Of a DNA stretch of 64,000 nt, positions 58,744-64,000 are shown in pieces. The notes beneath the pieces are model-generated. The model was given only the letters and a program-made list of their open reading frames with translations, did no database searches and was not told the origin of the DNA. Where the stretch lies: the NCBI GenBank assembly GCA_019058315.1, contig JAHPZH010000009.1, positions 1 to 64,000 of the forward strand, read 5' to 3'. Source of the DNA: Candidatus Helarchaeota archaeon. Its GTDB lineage: Archaea; Asgardarchaeota; Lokiarchaeia; Helarchaeales; RDOG01. Position 1 is the stretch's first letter. Every line of letters begins with the position of its first letter. The position numbers and the translations under genes are program-made.

Positions 58744-59994
58744 TTAATTTAATTTTTTAATTAAATTTAAGTAATATTTTCGAACTAGTTTTGTAGTCTT
58801 TATTACATTATAATTGTTCTTAATGTTGTTATAAGCATTATCAATTATTTCTCTTATTTTCTCCGGATTTTTTAATATAAATTTAATTTTTTTAATGATG
58901 GTAGAATGAGGAGATTTCTTTAAATCAAACAAAAATCCATTTTCTCCATCTTTAATCACTTCATCAATATCAGGTTGATTTGCACCTATCACAGGAATTT
59001 TCATAGCCATAGCCTCTAACATACTCAACCCAGGTGTTTCATAGATAGAAGAATAAATCATAAGATTTGCAATAGATAAAATTCTTGGAATATTTTCAAA
59101 TTTTGTATATCCCTCCAAAATTACTTTATTTTCAAGTTTATAACGTTTTATTAACGATCTTAACTTATTTTCTAATCTTCCTCCACCAACAAATATTAAT
59201 TTAAAATTTTTTCCAAAATTCTTAATTTTATTTAATAAATAAACTATTTCAATTAAAATTTCGGGATTTTTTCTAGTAACTAGTCCTCCTGTAAAAACTA
59301 TAACATAATCTTTTTCAGAAATTTTATATTTTTCTATATAATATTCATCTGGACCCCTAATATTAAAAATATTTAAATCAATTCCATTAGGAATATAAAC
59401 ATAATTTATATAACCATTTTTTTTCTTCCAAAACTTTTCTCGTATTTTGAGAAGATTTTTTAATACACCATTTGTAACAGCAATGATGTTTTGTGCTCTT
59501 CCTAGATTAAATTTCTCTGAAATATTCAAAGGGGGATAATATACTTTATGGGCAATTTTTTCTAAAAAATTAATTGTTGGGCAATTTCCAATCAATTTCG
59601 ACTCGAAATTTGTACATCCATGAGCCGTAATAACTAGCTTTACTCTTTTTTTTGATTTATTTATTATTTTTTGAATTAAGAAATAATAAGGATTGAAACT
59701 TTCATTAATATGAATGAGATCGACATTCTCATCTTCAATTAATTTTCTAATAATGTTTCGAATTCTAAAACCAAAAAGAAATTTCCCAATTTGTAAAAAC
59801 CTAATTCTCTTTCTTAAAGGAATAAAGATTAATTTAAAATTGTTATCTTTTCGAAGAGATTCTATATGTTTTGTGCTAGTTGAAGAGATATAGTAGACTT
59901 TATCTCCATTTTTTAGGAGATTTTTAACGATATAATAAAAATAAATCCCGCTTCCAGTTAAACCCACAGAATCATCAATGAAGCAAATTTTTAT
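58744..59994 (-). CDS. Glycosyltransferase family 4; probable ATA start
   Basis: Extension gives (M)KICFIDD behind AGGAGG; YETPGLSMLEAMA. Confidence 0.88.
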   Translation of the reverse strand: MKICFIDDSVGLTGSGIYFYYIVKNLLKNGDKVYYISSTSTKHIESLRKDNNFKLIFIPLRKRIRFLQIGKFLFGFRIRNIIRKLIEDENVDLIHINESFNPYYFLIQKIINKSKKRVKLVITAHGCTNFESKLIGNCPTINFLEKIAHKVYYPPLNISEKFNLGRAQNIIAVTNGVLKNLLKIREKFWKKKNGYINYVYIPNGIDLNIFNIRGPDEYYIEKYKISEKDYVIVFTGGLVTRKNPEILIEIVYLLNKIKNFGKNFKLIFVGGGRLENKLRSLIKRYKLENKVILEGYTKFENIPRILSIANLMIYSSIYETPGLSMLEAMAMKIPVIGANQPDIDEVIKDGENGFLFDLKKSPHSTIIKKIKFILKNPEKIREIIDNAYNNIKNNYNVIKTTKLVRKYYLNLIKKLN

Positions 59995-60067
59995 GGCAAA
60001 AAACCTCCTAAAAAAATATATTATAATTTATTTCAAATTAAAAATTAATTGAAAAAACTTTTGGAGT

Positions 60068-61231
60068 TTGATAAATCAATTGCGAATTTGTCTTGTGAGT
60101 TACACGTATCCTCCTAATACCTCAGGAGGTGGGGATATATATGCATATAATATAGTTGAGGGATTAAAAAAGTTAAATCACGAAGTTTTAGTTGTAACTT
60201 CTTCATCAAAACCCATGAAAGACAAAAACGGGATTCATTACATTCTGATTCGTAATATTCCTTTTTTTAGAGTTCAAAATTTTTTAAGTAAAGCTAAAAA
60301 ATACTGTAATAATTTAATGAAATCAAAATTAATCGACATTTTTCATTTTAATGGACCAAGTGGATGTGTATTTTATAAGAAAAATTTGCCAACTGTAATG
60401 ACTATTCATCATTCAGTTTTATCCACTTTAAAAGTTCTTTCTCATTATCCTTCTTCTCTGTTTTCAATTGATACAATCCAAGAATGTAATCCATTTAATA
60501 TTTGGTTAGAAAGTAAAAGTATTAAATCTGTAAATCAAATAATAGCTGTTTCCCATCATACCGCATCTCAAATAAAAGGAAGAGGGGTTTTAGAAAATTC
60601 TATTAATGTGGTACATAATGGAATTGATGTATTTTCTCCTCCTACTAAAAGTGAGCAAAATAAAATACGACAAAAACTTGGAATTTCTGAAAAAGTAATA
60701 CTTTTTGTTGGAAGATTAGATCAAAGAAAAGGGCCTATTTTTTTAGTAAAAGCGATTAACGATCTAAGAAAAATAATTAAGGAAGATTTTAAATGTATTA
60801 TAGTCGGTGATGGACCTCAAAAAACCCAAATTATTAATTATATTAAGAAAAATAATCTATGGAGCTATTTTTCATTTATAAAAAAAATCAAATATAAAGA
60901 TTTGAGAAAACTTTATTATATATGTGATTTATTAGTTCTTCCTTCGCTATATGAGGGACTAGGACTCGTTCTGTTAGAAGCTATGGCTTCAAAAAAACCT
61001 GTTATCGGAACAAATTCTGGAGGAATTCCAGAGATTATCAAACATAACGAAAATGGTTACTTAATACCATTAGGATCTATTAAAAATTTAACAAATGCAA
61101 TTAAAAAAATTTTGATGAATAGGGTTTTAGCAGATAAGATGGGCGAAAGAGGATATAAAATTATTCAAAAGAAATTCACTTGGGAAAGAGCGGTAAAAGA
61201 AACATTAAGTATTTATAATAAAATATTATAA
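60068..61231 (+). CDS. Glycosyltransferase family 4
   Basis: FVGRL, EGLGLVLLEAMA, GGIPE. Confidence 0.93.
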   Translation: MINQLRICLVSYTYPPNTSGGGDIYAYNIVEGLKKLNHEVLVVTSSSKPMKDKNGIHYILIRNIPFFRVQNFLSKAKKYCNNLMKSKLIDIFHFNGPSGCVFYKKNLPTVMTIHHSVLSTLKVLSHYPSSLFSIDTIQECNPFNIWLESKSIKSVNQIIAVSHHTASQIKGRGVLENSINVVHNGIDVFSPPTKSEQNKIRQKLGISEKVILFVGRLDQRKGPIFLVKAINDLRKIIKEDFKCIIVGDGPQKTQIINYIKKNNLWSYFSFIKKIKYKDLRKLYYICDLLVLPSLYEGLGLVLLEAMASKKPVIGTNSGGIPEIIKHNENGYLIPLGSIKNLTNAIKKILMNRVLADKMGERGYKIIQKKFTWERAVKETLSIYNKIL

Positions 61232-61488
61232 TAATGCATCTTAAAAAAAAAAAATTTACAAAATCTTGAGTTTTTTAATAATGATTATTTTGAGTCATTT
61301 AAAGCCTTTATTCTATAATTAGATAATAAAAAATAATTGATAGAAGAATTTAAAAAAAAATTAGGAATAAATATTCGTTAAAGATAAAACAAATTAAATA
61401 AATCAAGAAAATTATAACTAATATATGATTTTACAACAAAAATTAAAATTTACAGATTAAGATAAGTATTTTAATAATTTTAATATGT

Positions 61489-62211
61489 TTGGGTCTATCT
61501 GGAGTAAAAAAATTGCGCCCCAAAATCTCAGTAATAATTCCCGCTTATAATGAAGCGAAGACAATAAAAGATCTAAAACTTGAAGTAATTCGAGCTTTAA
61601 TCTCGAAATCTACTACAAATTCAGCGGAAATTATTATTGTAGACGATGGATCCACCGATGATACTTATCGTTTTGCTAATGGAAATGGAACTATCGTTCT
61701 TCGTAATGAAAAAAATTCTGGTTATGGGGCTGCAGTTAGAAAAGGATTGGATCATGCAACTGGAGATATTCTTATAACTATTGATGGGGATTATCAAAAT
61801 GATCCAACGGAAATTCCCGAATTAATTAATGCATTACTTAAAAGTAAGGCAGATTTTGTTAATGGATCGAAATTCTTGGGGAAATTTAAACCAAAGGTGC
61901 CTTTTATAAAAAAAATTGGAGAAAAAATTGTTAGTTTTCTAATTAAGTTAATTTATCGTAAAAAAATAACTTATTCACAAAGTGGGTTTAAAGCATTTAA
62001 AAAATCATTGTATGAAAGAGTTAAGCCTATTAAAGAACAAAGATTTGGCTTTAATTCGGAACTTTTAGTAAAAACATTAAAAAAAGGTTACAATATTAAA
62101 GAAATTCCTGTAACTATCAAACCAAGACCCCATGGAAAGAGCCGAATTCAATTTTTTAAGGATGGTGTAAGAATACTTTATGTATTTATTAGAACCATTT
62201 TAATAGGTTAA
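61489..62211 (+). CDS. Glycosyltransferase family 2 (DPM1-like)
   Basis: IPAYNE, VDDGSTD, IDGDYQ. Confidence 0.92.
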   Translation: MGLSGVKKLRPKISVIIPAYNEAKTIKDLKLEVIRALISKSTTNSAEIIIVDDGSTDDTYRFANGNGTIVLRNEKNSGYGAAVRKGLDHATGDILITIDGDYQNDPTEIPELINALLKSKADFVNGSKFLGKFKPKVPFIKKIGEKIVSFLIKLIYRKKITYSQSGFKAFKKSLYERVKPIKEQRFGFNSELLVKTLKKGYNIKEIPVTIKPRPHGKSRIQFFKDGVRILYVFIRTILIG

Positions 62212-62220
62212 ATTTTTAAA

Positions 62221-62832
62221 TCAATTTTTTTCATTCTTAACCTCTTGTTCTTTTTCATTTTCTTTTTTTGGTAAAAAAGAGTAAATCAACAAGACTATCA
62301 ATATAAGTAGGATCATATAAATAAGCAAATTTCCTCCTATTTGATCCAGCCATAATTTTGGTAGACCTAGTAAAGGAATCCTACCAACTACTTTCCCTAT
62401 TACACAGAAATGAGGTATAAAAGGATCACTGTATAAGTTTGTATCTTGAAAAAAGTCGATTAAACTAAATAAATCTCCTTTAGTTTCATACCATGTCCCC
62501 TTATAATATGGAAAATTACCTTCTCGGCTAATATTAATAACCCTATGAACAATTGGGACCATAGGTATAAAAGACCGCTCTGGCTTCCAGGTTAAAGGCC
62601 AAAATACAATTATATCTGATGGCATGATTTCTCCCTCATCTACTTGTTCTATTAGTAAAAGATCGCCAGGAAAATAATTTGGAATCATACTATCGCTCGA
62701 AACTACGGTTAAGGGCATTTCAGTTTTTAAAAAAAGTATAAGAATCCCAAAAACTGAGAAAATGCAGATAAAAATGAGAAAGAGTATAACAATTATTTTT
62801 TTCCAATTATTATTTTCTTTTTTTTTATCCAT
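62221..62832 (-). CDS. Signal peptidase I (Sec11/SipW type)
   Basis: VVSSDSMIP, GDLL, IVHRV, TKGD. Confidence 0.88.
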   Translation of the reverse strand: MDKKKENNNWKKIIVILFLIFICIFSVFGILILFLKTEMPLTVVSSDSMIPNYFPGDLLLIEQVDEGEIMPSDIIVFWPLTWKPERSFIPMVPIVHRVINISREGNFPYYKGTWYETKGDLFSLIDFFQDTNLYSDPFIPHFCVIGKVVGRIPLLGLPKLWLDQIGGNLLIYMILLILIVLLIYSFLPKKENEKEQEVKNEKN

Positions 62833-62852
62833 TTTTTATCCTACTTCATGGA

Positions 62853-63941
62853 CTAATCAGATAAATTTTCTTTTTTAATTATATCAACAATTTTTTCACT
62901 GGCATAACCATCACCATAAGGTGATGGAAAATTGAGTTGATTTTTAAAATCATAATTATCAATTGAATCTAACACAAATTTAGGATCGGTTCCAACTACT
63001 TTTGCGAAACCTGATTTCACTGCTTCTGGTCTATCAGTCGATTTTCTTATAACAAATGCAAATTTTTGGAATATTGGTGCTGTTGCTTCTTCTTGAATCC
63101 CCCCAGAATCGGTTATTATGAATTTGCAGCTTTTCATAAGGCATAATATATCCAAATAACTTACAGGCGGTAATAGCTGAATTTTATCAGATTTAGAAAT
63201 TTTATCATATAATCCAAATTCTTTCATCCTATTCAAACTTCTAGGATGAATTGGATAAATTACAGGAAGGGGAACATTAAGTAGGATTTCAACAATGTTT
63301 TTTAATGTTTCTTTATTATCCACATTTTCTGCTCGATGAGCAGTCACTAATATAAAATCTTTAAAATTTATCTCTTTAAGAATGGATGATTTTTTTATAG
63401 CTATTTCAAAATGTTTTAAGCAAGCATCTATCACTGTATTACCTGTAACATAGATTTTTCCCCAGACATTTTCACCTTCTAAAAGGGTTCTTGACAATTC
63501 TGTTGGAGCAAATAAATAATCCGACATATGATCTAGAATTCGCCTATTATATTCCTCAGCCATGCGCATATCATATGAACGAAGACCGGCTTCTAAATGT
63601 CCTACTTTAATATGAATTTTTGCCGCAGTTAGCCCTCCTGCTAGAGCTGAATTTGTATCTCCTTGAACAATTACAAATGACGGGTTTTCCTTTAATAATA
63701 CTTTTTCAATATCTATCAGCATTTTTCCTGTTTGTTCTCCATGTGACCCTGATCCCACGTTTAAATGATATTCTGGTTCTCTTAATTCCAAATCATTGAA
63801 AAATTGGTCACATAACGAAGCATCATAATGCTGGTCAGTAAATAAAACCCTGTAATCTATTTTTCTTTTTTCACATACCTTTATAACTGGAGATACTTTG
63901 ATAATTTCTGGACGTGTACCAAGTACAAAGAAAATTGTCAT
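62853..63941 (-). CDS. wecB: UDP-N-acetylglucosamine 2-epimerase (non-hydrolysing)
   Basis: GTRPEIIK, QGDTNS, HLEAGLRS, TDSGGIQEEA. Confidence 0.96.
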   Translation of the reverse strand: MTIFFVLGTRPEIIKVSPVIKVCEKRKIDYRVLFTDQHYDASLCDQFFNDLELREPEYHLNVGSGSHGEQTGKMLIDIEKVLLKENPSFVIVQGDTNSALAGGLTAAKIHIKVGHLEAGLRSYDMRMAEEYNRRILDHMSDYLFAPTELSRTLLEGENVWGKIYVTGNTVIDACLKHFEIAIKKSSILKEINFKDFILVTAHRAENVDNKETLKNIVEILLNVPLPVIYPIHPRSLNRMKEFGLYDKISKSDKIQLLPPVSYLDILCLMKSCKFIITDSGGIQEEATAPIFQKFAFVIRKSTDRPEAVKSGFAKVVGTDPKFVLDSIDNYDFKNQLNFPSPYGDGYASEKIVDIIKKENLSD

Positions 63942-64000
63942 GTTATTCCTCTATGCATTTATCTTAATTTATATTTTAATTCCTTAATGTGTCTAGTTAT

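Overview
This is a very AT-rich archaeal chromosome segment. Gene content (aCPSF1, proteasome beta, L37e, Lsm, Nip7/Nop2, SepF, archaeal SRP RNA) plus intron-rich tRNAs and a eukaryote-type SECIS-like hairpin point to an Asgard (Loki/Hel-like) archaeon; this is an inference. Layout: (1) 1-11.5 kb accessory region around tRNA-Val/tRNA-Ser, with two paralogous LAGLIDADG-HTH genes, a PD-(D/E)XK nuclease next to a proteasome-like Ntn-protease operon, an orphan C5 DNA methyltransferase and an inverted-repeat-flanked LVIVD surface-protein gene; (2) 11.5-26.8 kb housekeeping block with SRP RNA, most of the window's nine tRNA genes (12 BHB introns in total) and a small insertion flanked by a duplicated promoter; (3) 26.8-64 kb surface-glycan locus (rml, galU, UXS, many glycosyltransferases, flippase, wecB) with five tandem HGSNAT/DUF1624-type membrane acyltransferases. 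The best novel candidate is an ORF missing from the ORF track at 42442-42170 (-). It encodes a small 3-TM protein with in-frame UGA codons, one in a U-P-L-C (UxxC) motif, followed directly by a kink-turn SECIS-like hairpin, i.e. a probable new membrane selenoprotein. All calls were made by eye from motifs; no database searches were run.
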